Origin: Actinomycetota bacterium
GTDB taxonomy: Bacteria > Actinomycetota > Acidimicrobiia > IMCC26256
Assembly: GCA_009702955.1 (NCBI GenBank)
Contig: WLHA01000001.1
Coordinates: 1-40,179, forward strand
Direction: 5' to 3'
Length of the DNA stretch: 40,179 bases
In this document: positions 1 through 9,785 of the stretch, one piece after another
How the letters are laid out: the number at the start of each line of letters is the position of its first letter
Numbering within the stretch: position 1 is the first letter of the stretch
Notes under the pieces: model-generated
What the model was told of the DNA's origin: nothing
Databases searched by the model: none
Seen by the model: only the letters and a program-made list of their open reading frames with translations
Position numbers and translations under genes: made by a program

Positions 1-35
1 AACGACCTTTCATTTTCCAAGGTACGCTCTAACTC

Positions 36-977
36 ATGCGCAGAGCCTGGATTCGAAGGATTGCTGTACCGTCCATTGTGCTCGCGGTCATTGGCGCATC
101 GATCTTGGTGGGCTGCGCGTCGCCTGTCTTGATTGCTACTTGTTCAAAAAGACTTGTGGCCTCGCAGAGCGCCCCAATTGCTAATGCAGCGTTGACTGAG
201 ATCTCCGGCATTGCCGCGAGCCGAGCTAATCCAGGTCTTCTCTGGGTGCACAACGACTCGGGTGACTCAGCTCGAATATTTGGCCTCGACGGTGAAGGGA
301 TCACACATACGACTCTGAGCCTCAACGGAGCCTCCGCAATCGATTGGGAAGACATCGCGGTAGGGCGCGGCCCTGTGGCCGCTAAGACGTATATCTACGT
401 TGGTGACATAGGCGACAACAATTCCGTGCGCTCAGAGATCGTTATCTACCGAGTGGCAGAGCCTGTTGTGGACCTAGCGGGGAGCGTTTCTGGATCCCTC
501 TCTGGTGTGGATGCAATCCGACTCCGTTATCCAGACGGGGCCCATAATGCGGAGTCGCTATTAGTGGACCCGGCAACAGGCGAGATCGTTGTGATAACTA
601 AAAGCATGAGCGGCGGAGCACAGAATGCTTACCGTGTCTCTGGTTCAGTTATCCCAGGCGTCCTCACAACGATGGAGTACCTCGCAACCATCACAACTTC
701 TTCGAGTGCCTTCGGTGCGATTACTGGTGCGGATATTTCTCCGAACGGCCTGCAACTCGCTCTTCGTACCTATGGGGGAGTGGCGGTAAGCGCCCGACCT
801 GATATTGGTACACCGCTCTCGACCTTTATAGCCGGAGGAGCCAAGATCGTCGCCTGCGCTGGGCCAGCGCCATCTGAGGCTCAGGGCGAGGCTGTTGGGT
901 TTAACTCCAATGGAAGAGGATTCATCACCGTCTCCGAGGGGGTTGGTGCGGTTCTCCATCGCTTTGTAGCGCCATGA
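36..977 (+). CDS. Secreted/lipoprotein, probable beta-propeller (SdiA-regulated/phytase-like superfamily), function unknown
   Basis: 313 aa ORF; basic N-terminus, hydrophobic stretch and lipobox-like LVGC; motifs EISG, HNDSG, DWEDIA, GDIGDN, AESL, LRTY, QGEAV typical of a widespread uncharacterised propeller family; TACGCT (23-28) 7 nt before ATG. Confidence 0.65.
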   Translation: MRRAWIRRIAVPSIVLAVIGASILVGCASPVLIATCSKRLVASQSAPIANAALTEISGIAASRANPGLLWVHNDSGDSARIFGLDGEGITHTTLSLNGASAIDWEDIAVGRGPVAAKTYIYVGDIGDNNSVRSEIVIYRVAEPVVDLAGSVSGSLSGVDAIRLRYPDGAHNAESLLVDPATGEIVVITKSMSGGAQNAYRVSGSVIPGVLTTMEYLATITTSSSAFGAITGADISPNGLQLALRTYGGVAVSARPDIGTPLSTFIAGGAKIVACAGPAPSEAQGEAVGFNSNGRGFITVSEGVGAVLHRFVAP

Positions 978-1082
978 GATTCACCACCGGATTACAGGTG
1001 CAATTCGGGTGAAACTCGTCACATTGAGGAAATAATCTCCCAAAATTGCCCCCATTGTTGCCTATAACTGATAAAACGTAAC

Positions 1083-1141
1083 TGCCCCTCCCGTCGGCGA
1101 GCACCTCCCTGCCCGGTGCGTGTGATCCGATCGGAGGGGCA
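1083..1141. other. Intergenic stem-loop with C-rich loop
   Basis: TGCCCCTCC (1083-1091) pairs with GGAGGGGCA (1133-1141), GTCGG/CCGAT, GCACC (1101-1105)/GGTGC (1115-1119), loop TCCCTGCCC. Confidence 0.5.
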
Positions 1142-1173
1142 CTTCGCGCCCCGCCACGTGAGAGAGTGACGAT

Positions 1174-1509
1174 ATGTTCAGACATATAGCGATGTTCCGT
1201 TGGGTTGAGGGTGTCACTGAAGCGCAAATCGGTGAGGTCGGGGAGGCGCTCTACGCTCTGCCCGCTGTAATCCCTGAGATTCGCTCCTACCGATTTGGCT
1301 CTGATCTAGGGCTCGGGGAGCACAACTTTGACTTCGCCATAGTTGCAGATTTCGACGACATTGAAGATTTTCGTACCTATCGAGACAATCCAGATCACCG
1401 AGCCGTCTCTAGGTCAGTAATCGGGCCCCTGATTTCTGATCGAGCCGCCGTGCAGTTTGATGCCGGCGAGCGCCCCGATGACCCCACAGCGCCACCTGAA
1501 GGCGTATAA
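1174..1509 (+). CDS. Dabb family (stress-responsive A/B barrel) protein
   Basis: MFRHIAMFRW N-terminus, L..L...IPEI..Y..G.D, and F.....F..Y..NPDH pattern. Confidence 0.85.
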   Translation: MFRHIAMFRWVEGVTEAQIGEVGEALYALPAVIPEIRSYRFGSDLGLGEHNFDFAIVADFDDIEDFRTYRDNPDHRAVSRSVIGPLISDRAAVQFDAGERPDDPTAPPEGV

Positions 1510-1544
1510 CCCAACGTGGATGAGGGACGCTCTAATCTCAGCCA

Positions 1545-2147
1545 ATGCCTTTAACTAGCTCTGTACCGGTACCTAGCCGGGATGCAGGTTGGAGAACCAT
1601 TCCAAATCTCATCTCGCTTTTAAGGCTTCTCTGCGTGCCGATTTTTGTCTGGCTACTTCTTGGTGCCGATAAGCCGCTCTCTGCTGCGATTCTCTTGGCG
1701 ATTCTTGGTGCCACCGATTGGGTCGACGGATGGATAGCGCGTAAATACGATCAGGGCTCGGCCATAGGTCAGGTACTAGACCCGGTGGCAGATCGAATCC
1801 TCCTAATCACGGCTGCTGTCACGCTGTTGATCAATGGTTCGGTGCCGCTGTGGATTGGAGCGCTTGTTCTTTTCAGAGAGGCTGTTATCAGCGTCGCAGT
1901 AGTTGGATTGGCGGCAGCCGGAGCTAGGCGGATTGAGGTGCAGTGGGTCGGAAAGGCCGGGACCCTCGGGCTCATGTTCGCTCTGCCAGGCTTTCTACTC
2001 CTGACCTTCTCAAGTGGTGCTCTCCACGCCTTCCTCTTGCTATTTACATGGTCAGCGACAATTGGGGGATTGGCGCTCTCGTATTGGGCCGCCGCTACTT
2101 ATGTCCCGTTGGCGCGTATTGCCTTACGCGAAGGTCGAGCGGAGTAG
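1545..2147 (+). CDS. pgsA2: CDP-alcohol phosphatidyltransferase (PgsA2-like)
   Basis: TIPNLISLLR and signature DWVDGWIARKYDQGSAIGQVLDPVAD; usual position upstream of gcvH in actinobacteria. Confidence 0.85.
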   Translation: MPLTSSVPVPSRDAGWRTIPNLISLLRLLCVPIFVWLLLGADKPLSAAILLAILGATDWVDGWIARKYDQGSAIGQVLDPVADRILLITAAVTLLINGSVPLWIGALVLFREAVISVAVVGLAAAGARRIEVQWVGKAGTLGLMFALPGFLLLTFSSGALHAFLLLFTWSATIGGLALSYWAAATYVPLARIALREGRAE

Positions 2148-2202
2148 ATTCTGCCGACCGCTTCTCTGATGAATCTTTCGCCTCGAATGGAGACTTAAAA
2201 CC

Positions 2203-2583
2203 ATGAACTACCCAGACGATCTGAAATACACAGAAGAGCACGAGTGGGTAAAGATCTCTGACGGCCGGGCGCTGATCGGAATTACTGATTTTGCACAGGA
2301 TGCGCTTGGCGACGTGGTATTCGTCCAACTTCCTGAGGTCGGGGTCTCAGTGCTTCGGTCAGTAGGAGTAGCAGAGGTTGAGTCCACCAAGTCAGTCTCT
2401 GAGATTTACGCGCCGTTGACCGGTGTGATTGCCGAGGTAAATTCAGCTTTAGAGGACACTCCCGAGCTAATGAATCAAGACCCTTACGGCGCCGGGTGGA
2501 TATTTGTACTCGAGGTCGGTGTAGAGGCCGAGATTGGTGGACTTATGGACGCCTCGGCATATCAGGCACTGGTTGAGGGTTAG
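2203..2583 (+). CDS. gcvH: Glycine cleavage system H protein
   Basis: YTEEHEW, GITDFAQDALGDVVFV, lipoyl-Lys motif ESTKSVSE, NQDPYGAGW. Confidence 0.97.
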   Translation: MNYPDDLKYTEEHEWVKISDGRALIGITDFAQDALGDVVFVQLPEVGVSVLRSVGVAEVESTKSVSEIYAPLTGVIAEVNSALEDTPELMNQDPYGAGWIFVLEVGVEAEIGGLMDASAYQALVEG

Positions 2584-2634
2584 GGATCCGCTCCAACTCC
2601 GAGCAGCGTCGATCTCCGCGTATCGCCACTTTTA

Positions 2635-2659
2635 GACCCTCTACCTACCGTGAAGAGTT
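2635..2659. promoter_or_regulatory. Candidate 25-bp imperfect palindromic operator for the FtsR/Rv1828-type MerR regulator
   Basis: GACCCTCTACCTACCGTGAAGAGTT with dyad arms ACCCT..AC/GT..AGAGT; resembles the C. glutamicum FtsR site as recalled; lies upstream of the FHA-merR operon. Confidence 0.45.
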
Positions 2660-2698
2660 AGGGTTTCGCAGCGAGCATGTGGGCTGTAGCCTAAGTCT

Positions 2699-3253
2699 AT
2701 GAAATGCACCGCATGTGGCCACCTAAATCTTGAGGATGCGCGCTTCTGCTCTTCATGCGGCGCTGTCGCTGGGCCCACTGCAGGAGAGGTTCAAGACGCC
2801 GATTCGAAGGAAGCTAATTCTAAGGACGCCGATTCGAAAGAGGCCGGGAACGATTCCGGTGAGGCAACTCTCTCAATTGCGGTGGTCGAGTCGAGCGCAG
2901 CCGCTACGAGCAACTCCCCGGCTACAGCTGCGTTCATTCACGTCGTCAGAGGCCCGAATGCAGGTAGCAAATTTGCATTGAATGTTGGATCTCTAGAGGT
3001 AGGGCGCCACCCCGCCTCTGGCATCTTCTTGGATGACATCACAGTCTCTCGGCGACACTGCGTCTTCAACTGCATCCCAAGAGGCGGTTCGGTAGAAGGT
3101 AGTGGAGGCCCTGACTTCTCGATTTCAGTAAGCGATGTCGGCTCACTCAACGGCACTTACGTAAATCGTAAATTGATCACCACCAGCGATGTTCACGACG
3201 GCGACGAGGTACAGATCGGCCGTTATGTTGTAACGATTGAGTCGGCCCGATGA
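2699..3253 (+). CDS. garA: Zinc-ribbon + FHA domain protein (GarA/OdhI-like)
   Basis: N-terminal CTAC...CSSC; FHA residues GRHP.S.IFLDDITVSRRH and DVGSLNGTYVN; synteny gcvH-FHA-MerR-DUF151-MerR. Confidence 0.85.
   Translation: MKCTACGHLNLEDARFCSSCGAVAGPTAGEVQDADSKEANSKDADSKEAGNDSGEATLSIAVVESSAAATSNSPATAAFIHVVRGPNAGSKFALNVGSLEVGRHPASGIFLDDITVSRRHCVFNCIPRGGSVEGSGGPDFSISVSDVGSLNGTYVNRKLITTSDVHDGDEVQIGRYVVTIESAR
2795..2845 (+). repeat. In-frame 30-nt-period duplication in the FHA protein linker (DADSKEA twice)
   Basis: GACGCCGATTCGAAGGAAGCT at 2795 and GACGCCGATTCGAAAGAGGCC at 2825. Confidence 0.85.
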
Positions 3254-4215
3254 ACGCTGATAGCGAATCAGCCCATCTCTCAATAGGCGATGTGCTTAAT
3301 CATTTAAGTGCCGAGTTCCCGGATGTCACGATTTCGAAAATTAGATTCTTGGAGAGCCAGGGATTGATCGCCCCCGAACGAACGCCCTCCGGCTACCGCA
3401 AGTTTTATGAATCAGATCTAATCCGTCTGCGCTGGATACTGCTTCAACAGAAGGATAATTTCCTTCCCCTGAAGGTCATTAAGGACCGCCTCCAAGAACA
3501 TGATCTTGACGGTTCTCCACTCCCAGAAACCTCTGACGAACTGCGTAGCGATTCGACAGTTGCGACGTTCTTCGATGCAGCGCCCGAGGTGAGCACTCCC
3601 GTTGCGTTGGCTGAGGAGAACTCTCCACCCGTTGAAGCTCCAGCAAAGAAGAAACGCAGAAAGGCCGTGCCGAAAAAAGTTGAGGCTCCTCTTGCTGAGA
3701 AATCAATTAAGAGCACCCGCCTTAGAGGTGAGCAGATGGAGCTCGATTCTCAGGGAGATGTTCTTACTTCAGAGCCCGAGGGCAATGGACTCACGCGATC
3801 TGAGATCGCAGATGCGAGTGGACTCACTATCGATCAAGTGGTTGAGATGGAGGCCTGCGGACTGATCAAAGCTGCAGGACAAATGGGTCCCGAGGGGCTC
3901 TTCGAGGACGACGCTCTGATCATTGCTTCTCTTGTCGCGGGCTTCATCGAGAATGGTGCGGAGCCTCGCCACCTACGCATGTATAGAAACTTCGCCGAGC
4001 GCGAGGCACAGTTTTACGAGCAGATGGTCGCGGGTCGGCAGCGACCCAATGGAGCGGAGTCGCTCATTGCACGACGAGACAAGGTGGTCGAGCTTGCATC
4101 GCTCGGGCGCAGTCTGCGCACCGTGTACCTGCGCCGATCTCTAGACCAAATACTTCGAACGTCTCAGGTTCAAGAAGATGGTTTTAGTGGTTCTGAAGAG
4201 ACCCACGAGCCGTAG
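3250..4215 (+). CDS. ftsR: MerR-family regulator, FtsR/Rv1828 type
   Basis: LSIGDVL..L..EFPDVTISKIRFLESQGLI.PERTPSGYRKF, LPLKVIK, and C-terminal G.EPRHLR..R.FAERE; ATGA overlap with the FHA gene. Confidence 0.85.
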   Translation: MNADSESAHLSIGDVLNHLSAEFPDVTISKIRFLESQGLIAPERTPSGYRKFYESDLIRLRWILLQQKDNFLPLKVIKDRLQEHDLDGSPLPETSDELRSDSTVATFFDAAPEVSTPVALAEENSPPVEAPAKKKRRKAVPKKVEAPLAEKSIKSTRLRGEQMELDSQGDVLTSEPEGNGLTRSEIADASGLTIDQVVEMEACGLIKAAGQMGPEGLFEDDALIIASLVAGFIENGAEPRHLRMYRNFAEREAQFYEQMVAGRQRPNGAESLIARRDKVVELASLGRSLRTVYLRRSLDQILRTSQVQEDGFSGSEETHEP

Positions 4216-4315
4216 TCGAACCTGAGTATTACTAGCGTCTGGCGAGCTCCAAAGAGCGGGCGCTGCAACGAAGACGGGCGTCCAAACTGCGTTTTTGCGG
4301 TGGTAGTGTCACCAC

Positions 4316-4798
4316 GTGGTTCGAGTATCGATTGTCGGAGTAAGAGTTGAGGTCCCCTCAAACCAGCCCATCATGCTTCTCCGTGAAGAGGCTGAGCCGA
4401 GGCGGTATGTGCCTATTTTTATAGGATCTCCGGAGGCGACAGCCATTGTCTATTCGCTTCAAGGCATGGAGACTCCGCGGCCAATGACGCATGACCTTGT
4501 CACTATGCTGCTCGCAGAACTCGGCGCCACCATCTCCTCGATTGAGATTACTGAGTTACACGAAGGAACGTTCTTCGCAGAGGTTGAGTTCGTTGCTGGA
4601 GATAGAACCTTTCGAGTTTCGGCGCGGCCCTCGGATGCCATTGCATTAGCGGTCCGTCAAGATGAACAGCCCCCGATTTTCATTGCAGATGATGTATTCG
4701 AGGAGGCAAGCCTGGTCTTTGATGAGGAGCAGGAAGAGGAGCAGATTGAGGAGTTTCGCGATTTCCTTGATCAGGTAAAGCCTGAGGACTTCGTCTGA
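4316..4798 (+). CDS. Bifunctional nuclease family protein (DUF151/BFN)
   Basis: PIFIG..EA.AI, PRPMTHDL, GTFFA, ARPSDAIALA, acidic tail EEFRDFLDQVKPEDF. Confidence 0.93.
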   Translation: MVRVSIVGVRVEVPSNQPIMLLREEAEPRRYVPIFIGSPEATAIVYSLQGMETPRPMTHDLVTMLLAELGATISSIEITELHEGTFFAEVEFVAGDRTFRVSARPSDAIALAVRQDEQPPIFIADDVFEEASLVFDEEQEEEQIEEFRDFLDQVKPEDFV

Positions 4799-4855
4799 AA
4801 TTACTGGGATTGACGCTTTATTGTTCAGTCTCTACCTCGTTTCTTGTCTCTAACC

Positions 4856-4885
4856 TTGACCGCCCGAGAGCTGATCAGTTACGGT
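4856..4885 (+). promoter_or_regulatory. Housekeeping-sigma promoter for the second MerR gene
   Basis: TTGACC (4856-4861), 18 nt spacer, TACGGT (4880-4885). Confidence 0.55.
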
Positions 4886-4974
4886 TTACAGGCTCGTAAC
4901 TACGAGAGTGTGATCCGGACCAACTCGATCCCTGCGCCGGAATCCTTTGAATCCTGTATTAGGAGTTGTACTCA

Positions 4975-5538
4975 ATGGCAATACCAAGCGAGAAATCAAA
5001 CGCACTAAGTAACTCGAGAGTTGAGCAGGGCGTTCTGGGCGACTCCGAGTGGGAAGAGGTTGGCTATCGCGGTCCTCAGGTATGCGCGATCGTTGGGATT
5101 ACCTACAGACAATTGGATTACTGGGCTCGCACCGAACTTCTGCGCCCGTCACTATCCGACGCACAGGGGAGTGGCTCCAAACGCAGCTATTCATATCTTG
5201 ACCTCGTAGCTTTAAAGGTAATTAAGAACCTTCTAGATGCTGGGGTGTCGCTTAAGACAGCTCGCAAGGCAATTGATTATCTTCGTGATCACCTCGGTGA
5301 AGACCTTGCTACTGCAAGTCTTGTCATTGATGAGAACAAGAGCGTCCTTGCGCGCAACGGTGAGGACATCTTCGATCTAGTGCGCCACGGACAAGGTGTT
5401 CTTAACATCGTGCCCCTCGGGTCTGTCGTGCGTCAGATTGATGCTGGAATCACCGAGTTGCATCCGATCGATCTCGTCGCTCCGGTTGAGGAGAGCGACG
5501 CAGCACAGATTGAGCCACAGGCAGGGCTCGGTTCATAG
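4975..5538 (+). CDS. MerR-family regulator, Rv1830 type
   Basis: GYRGPQVC.IVGITYRQLDYWART.L..PS...A.GSGS.R.YS..D...LKVIK.LLDAGVSL; AGGAG at 4961-4965 supports ATG 4975 rather than TTG 4966. Confidence 0.9.
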   Translation: MAIPSEKSNALSNSRVEQGVLGDSEWEEVGYRGPQVCAIVGITYRQLDYWARTELLRPSLSDAQGSGSKRSYSYLDLVALKVIKNLLDAGVSLKTARKAIDYLRDHLGEDLATASLVIDENKSVLARNGEDIFDLVRHGQGVLNIVPLGSVVRQIDAGITELHPIDLVAPVEESDAAQIEPQAGLGS

Positions 5539-5734
5539 GCGCTGTAGCTAGCCTGCGGAGTCGCAAAATGCTCTCGGGGCTCTCAAGATATTGGCCATTT
5601 AGTTGCTAAATGCCGATCCGGAAATCTTGGATCGATGGTTGATTCGTTGATGGTCGTTGTTCTGCGCTATTCCTTATCCTGTAGATGCTTGGTTATCTTC
5701 AGTTCCCATCAATCGAAGCCTTAGGAAGACGCGG

Positions 5735-6829
5735 ATGACGGCGATACTCCGAACCAGTCCACTCGATGTTGTGCACCGCTCTCTTGGGGCGCGAATGGCC
5801 GAGTTTGGAGGGTGGGAGATGCCCATCCAATACTCCGGAGTGATCGAGGAGCATCGTGCATGTCGCGAGTCCGCAGTGGTGTTTGATGTCTCGCACCTTG
5901 GCTCTGTTCGTGTATCTGGACCTGGAGCATTTCCTGCATTGCAGTGGGCGTTTACCAACGATCTAAATCGTATTGAACCAGGGCGAGCCCAGTACACCCA
6001 CCTCCTCGACGAACGCGACGCGCATGTCGTTGACGACATCATCGTTTGGTGGTTGGAGGCAGAGACATTCACCGTGATGCCTAATGCCTCTAACACTGCA
6101 CCTCTTGTTGCAGCGATTGAAGCAGCGGTCAACAGTGTCGGAGGAGGCGAGGCCGAGGTAGCAGACGTGACAGATTCGCGTGTAGTGCTCGCCGTGCAGG
6201 GCCCCGAGGCGCGTAAACGATTGGCGACCTTCTGGCCAGAGGCAGCGTCCGTAGGGCATTTTCATGTGATTCCCGTTACGTGGCTCGGAGAGTCTGGATG
6301 GGCTTCAGGAACCGGTTACACCGGTGAAGATGGAGTGGAGCTTGAGGTTCCCGCCTCGGTTGCTCTCGAACTCTGGCAGGCGATTGTCGCGTCCGGTGTA
6401 ACTCCTGCAGGGCTAGGCGCTCGCGACACACTGCGCCTTGAGGCGGGGCTCCCTCTACATGGGCACGAACTAGGGGAGGGGATTACTTCATTGCAGGCCG
6501 GGCTTGCATGGGTAGTTCGCTTCGATAAGCCAGGTGGATTTAGGGGAGCGGGAGCACTGCGCGTTGAGCAAGAAGAAGGCCCGCGGCGCGTTCTCAGGGG
6601 AATCTCAGTCGAGGGGCGCCAACCTCCGCGCGGTGGCAACACTGTGTTCTTCGCTGGCGACGATGTCGGCGAGGTCTCTAGTGGAAACTTCTCCCCAATG
6701 CTGGGCCATGGAATTGCTTTAGCGTTTCTTAAGCCAAGCGTTGAATTAGGTGCAGAGGTAACTATCGAAGCGCGCGGCCGTGAACTAAGAGGAACAGTGG
6801 TTAGGCCGCCGTTTGTAAAGCGTTCATGA
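5735..6829 (+). CDS. gcvT: Glycine cleavage system aminomethyltransferase T
   Basis: FGGWEMPIQY, FDVSHLG, TGYTGEDGVE, GLGARDTLRLEAG.PLHGHEL; start moved to ATG 5735 behind AGGAAG. Confidence 0.96.
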   Translation: MTAILRTSPLDVVHRSLGARMAEFGGWEMPIQYSGVIEEHRACRESAVVFDVSHLGSVRVSGPGAFPALQWAFTNDLNRIEPGRAQYTHLLDERDAHVVDDIIVWWLEAETFTVMPNASNTAPLVAAIEAAVNSVGGGEAEVADVTDSRVVLAVQGPEARKRLATFWPEAASVGHFHVIPVTWLGESGWASGTGYTGEDGVELEVPASVALELWQAIVASGVTPAGLGARDTLRLEAGLPLHGHELGEGITSLQAGLAWVVRFDKPGGFRGAGALRVEQEEGPRRVLRGISVEGRQPPRGGNTVFFAGDDVGEVSSGNFSPMLGHGIALAFLKPSVELGAEVTIEARGRELRGTVVRPPFVKRS

Positions 6830-6899
6830 ATCCGCCCTCCAATAGTCCTTTACGAAAAAGCCGTGGCGCCTTCAACGTGACGTCTGAGGGAGCTAGGTA

Positions 6900-9785
6900 A
6901 TGACAACTCTTGGTCGGCCTACATACGATGACTTGGCGAACCATGGAGCGTTCATTGAGCGCCACATAGGTCCATCGCCTGCAGATCAGCTTAAAATGCT
7001 CGGAGTTCTCGGCTACTCATCCCTTGATGAACTCACCTCGGCAGCGATTCCTAGCAGCATCGAACGTCTTGGCGAACTTAGTATCGGTGCTCCTCGCTCA
7101 GAGGTCGAGGTAATCGCAGAGCTACGAGAAATTGCTTCCAAGAATCAATCTCTCGTCTCCCTGATTGGGCTCGGTTATTACGGAACCGTCACGCCACCGG
7201 TGGTTCTTCGGAATGTGCTTGAGAACCCGGCCTGGTATACCGCCTACACGCCTTACCAGCCAGAGATTTCGCAGGGGCGTTTAGAGGCAGTACTCAATTT
7301 TCAGACAATGATTGCTGACCTAACAGGCATGGACATCGCTAATGCCTCGATGCTTGATGAAGGCACCGCTGCAGCTGAGGCAATGGCTCTCTGTCATCGA
7401 TTGAATCCGAAGGCAGGAGAGGTTTTCTTCATCGATGCAGATTGCTTTCCCCAGACAATTGCTGTGGTTGCGACGCGTGCCGAGCCCCTAGGCATTGCAC
7501 TATTGGTCGGCGACCCTGAGACTGATATCCCAAGTGAGGGAGTCTTTGGGGTACTGCTTCAATATCCAGGTGCGAGCGGTCGTTTGCGTGACGACAGCGA
7601 ACTCATAGAGCGAATACATGCTCAGGGAGCGAGCGTTGCGGTTGCAGCAGATTTGCTCGCACTCTCGCTTATTCGCCCTCCCGGCGAGATTGGCGCCGAT
7701 GTCGTAGTTGGGTCATCGCAGAGATTTGGCGTCCCGCTTGGTTTCGGGGGCCCACATGCTGGCTTCATGGCTGTCAGGGATTCCTCAAAGCGATCCTTGC
7801 CCGGAAGGCTCGTAGGTGTCTCTGTTGACTCTGCAGGGCGCCCGGCGTTACGACTTGCTCTCCAGACAAGGGAGCAGCACATTCGTCGCGAGAAGGCAAC
7901 AAGCAACATATGTACCGCGCAGGTTTTGCTTGCAGTCATAGCGGGGTTCTATGGCGTATGGCATGGACCAGACGGACTCAAGCGCATCGCACAAAGAATC
8001 CATCGCCAGACTGCAGCAGTAGCACAGGCACTGAAGAGTGCAGGAGTGGTCGTCCTTGAGGATGCTTTTTTCGACACGTTATCGATCCAGGTGCCGGGGC
8101 GTGCCGGTGAGGTAATCGCCAATGCTCTTGCGAGTGGGATCAACCTTCGTCACATTGATGAAGACACAATTGGATTGTCTCTCGACGAGCAGACAACCCC
8201 AGATGTAATCGAGAGCGTGCTATTAGCTTTTGGAGTTAGTGTCGATATTGCTGCGCTACTTGAAACGGTCTCGGACTCGATCCCTGCTGCGTTGATTAGA
8301 ACATCTGATTTCATGACCCATCCGGTGTTCTCTAAGTACCGGTCAGAGACGTTGATGCTTCGTTATCTGCGCAGGCTCGCTGATCTTGATCTTGCCCTCG
8401 ACCGCACGATGATTCCGCTTGGATCATGCACGATGAAGCTAAACGCAACTACCGAGATGATCCCGGTCACATGGCCTGAGTTTGGAGCAATGCATCCATT
8501 TGCTCCGATAGATCAGAGCATTGGATACCGCAGGCTTTTTAAAGAGCTTGAGGATGCTTTAGTTGAAATCACTGGCTATGACGCTGTGTCGCTGCAGCCC
8601 AACGCGGGTTCGCAGGGCGAGTTTGCAGGTCTCCTAGCGATTAGGGCCTACCACCGTTCGCGCGGTGAGTTTGAGAGAACAGTGTGTCTAATTCCAGCCT
8701 CTGCACACGGAACGAATGCCGCTAGCGCTGCAATGGTTGGCATGACGGTAGTTGTTGTTGCTTGCAACGACTCGGGAGATATTGACTTAGAGGATCTCAC
8801 GCGACGCATTGCTGAGCACGCAGGGCGAATTGGCGCTCTAATGGTTACATACCCTTCAACGCATGGTGTTTTTGATACAGAGATCACAGACGTGTGTGCG
8901 ATGGTCCACGATGCAGGCGGTCAGGTTTATCTTGATGGCGCAAATTTGAATGCACTTGTTGGACTAGCAGCACCGGGTCATTTTGGTGCTGACGTATCCC
9001 ACTTGAATCTCCACAAAACTTTCTGCATCCCCCACGGAGGGGGAGGGCCAGGTGTCGGACCCGTTGGGGTGCGCTCCCACCTCGCTGAGTTTCTTCCTTC
9101 TCACCCGCTTGTTCCCGAGTGTGGACCAGTCGGTGGCGGGGTAGGACCAATCTCTGCAGCACCTTGGGGATCTGCTTCGCTGCTACCAATCTCTTGGGCC
9201 TACGTGGCCATGATGGGGGGAGAGGGTCTTCGAAAGGCGACTCAAGTAGCGATCCTGAATGCGAACTACATTGCGCATCGGTTAGAGGAGCATTTCCCTG
9301 TTCTCTATCGAGGCGAATCTGGATTGGTCGCTCATGAGTGCATAATTGATATTCGACCAATCACAGATGCAACTGGTGTGAGCGTTGACGATGTAGCGAA
9401 GCGCTTGGTCGATTACGGATTTCATTCGCCGACCATGAGCTTCCCTGTATCCGGAACTCTGATGATCGAACCAACAGAGTCTGAAGATCTTGGAGAGGTC
9501 GATCGTTTCATCGATGCGATGATCTCCATCCGCTCCGAGATTAAAGATGTTGAGGACGGTCGCATAGCCCTTGACGAGAGTGCTCTCCACAATGCACCTC
9601 ATACCGCCGCAGATCTCATGACAGGCGAGTGGGGCAGGCCCTATACCCGCGAGCAGGCGGCGTACCCAACGGATGCAACCCGGAGGACTAAATACTGGCC
9701 CCCGGTGAGTCGAATCGACGGCGTCTACGGCGACCGCAACGTATTCTGCTCATGCCCCCCTCTATCTGATTACGAAGACCAGTAG
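6900..9785 (+). CDS. gcvP: Glycine dehydrogenase (decarboxylating), single-chain P protein
   Basis: [48 protein letters not shown]-Lys motif [18 protein letters not shown]. Confidence 0.98.
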   Translation: MTTLGRPTYDDLANHGAFIERHIGPSPADQLKMLGVLGYSSLDELTSAAIPSSIERLGELSIGAPRSEVEVIAELREIASKNQSLVSLIGLGYYGTVTPPVVLRNVLENPAWYTAYTPYQPEISQGRLEAVLNFQTMIADLTGMDIANASMLDEGTAAAEAMALCHRLNPKAGEVFFIDADCFPQTIAVVATRAEPLGIALLVGDPETDIPSEGVFGVLLQYPGASGRLRDDSELIERIHAQGASVAVAADLLALSLIRPPGEIGADVVVGSSQRFGVPLGFGGPHAGFMAVRDSSKRSLPGRLVGVSVDSAGRPALRLALQTREQHIRREKATSNICTAQVLLAVIAGFYGVWHGPDGLKRIAQRIHRQTAAVAQALKSAGVVVLEDAFFDTLSIQVPGRAGEVIANALASGINLRHIDEDTIGLSLDEQTTPDVIESVLLAFGVSVDIAALLETVSDSIPAALIRTSDFMTHPVFSKYRSETLMLRYLRRLADLDLALDRTMIPLGSCTMKLNATTEMIPVTWPEFGAMHPFAPIDQSIGYRRLFKELEDALVEITGYDAVSLQPNAGSQGEFAGLLAIRAYHRSRGEFERTVCLIPASAHGTNAASAAMVGMTVVVVACNDSGDIDLEDLTRRIAEHAGRIGALMVTYPSTHGVFDTEITDVCAMVHDAGGQVYLDGANLNALVGLAAPGHFGADVSHLNLHKTFCIPHGGGGPGVGPVGVRSHLAEFLPSHPLVPECGPVGGGVGPISAAPWGSASLLPISWAYVAMMGGEGLRKATQVAILNANYIAHRLEEHFPVLYRGESGLVAHECIIDIRPITDATGVSVDDVAKRLVDYGFHSPTMSFPVSGTLMIEPTESEDLGEVDRFIDAMISIRSEIKDVEDGRIALDESALHNAPHTAADLMTGEWGRPYTREQAAYPTDATRRTKYWPPVSRIDGVYGDRNVFCSCPPLSDYEDQ

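Noticed and set aside
2148-2202. Expected DUF881-DUF1290-DUF881 genes or remnants between pgsA2 and gcvH
   Set aside because: The gap is only 55 nt; the genes are simply absent and no pseudogene can be supported
5657-5734. ORF-track N-terminal extensions (gcvT from 5657; also starts at 11534, 16499, 21359, 23884, 32525, 39522)
   Set aside because: Downstream starts have SD sequences or stop/start overlaps and match where family similarity begins
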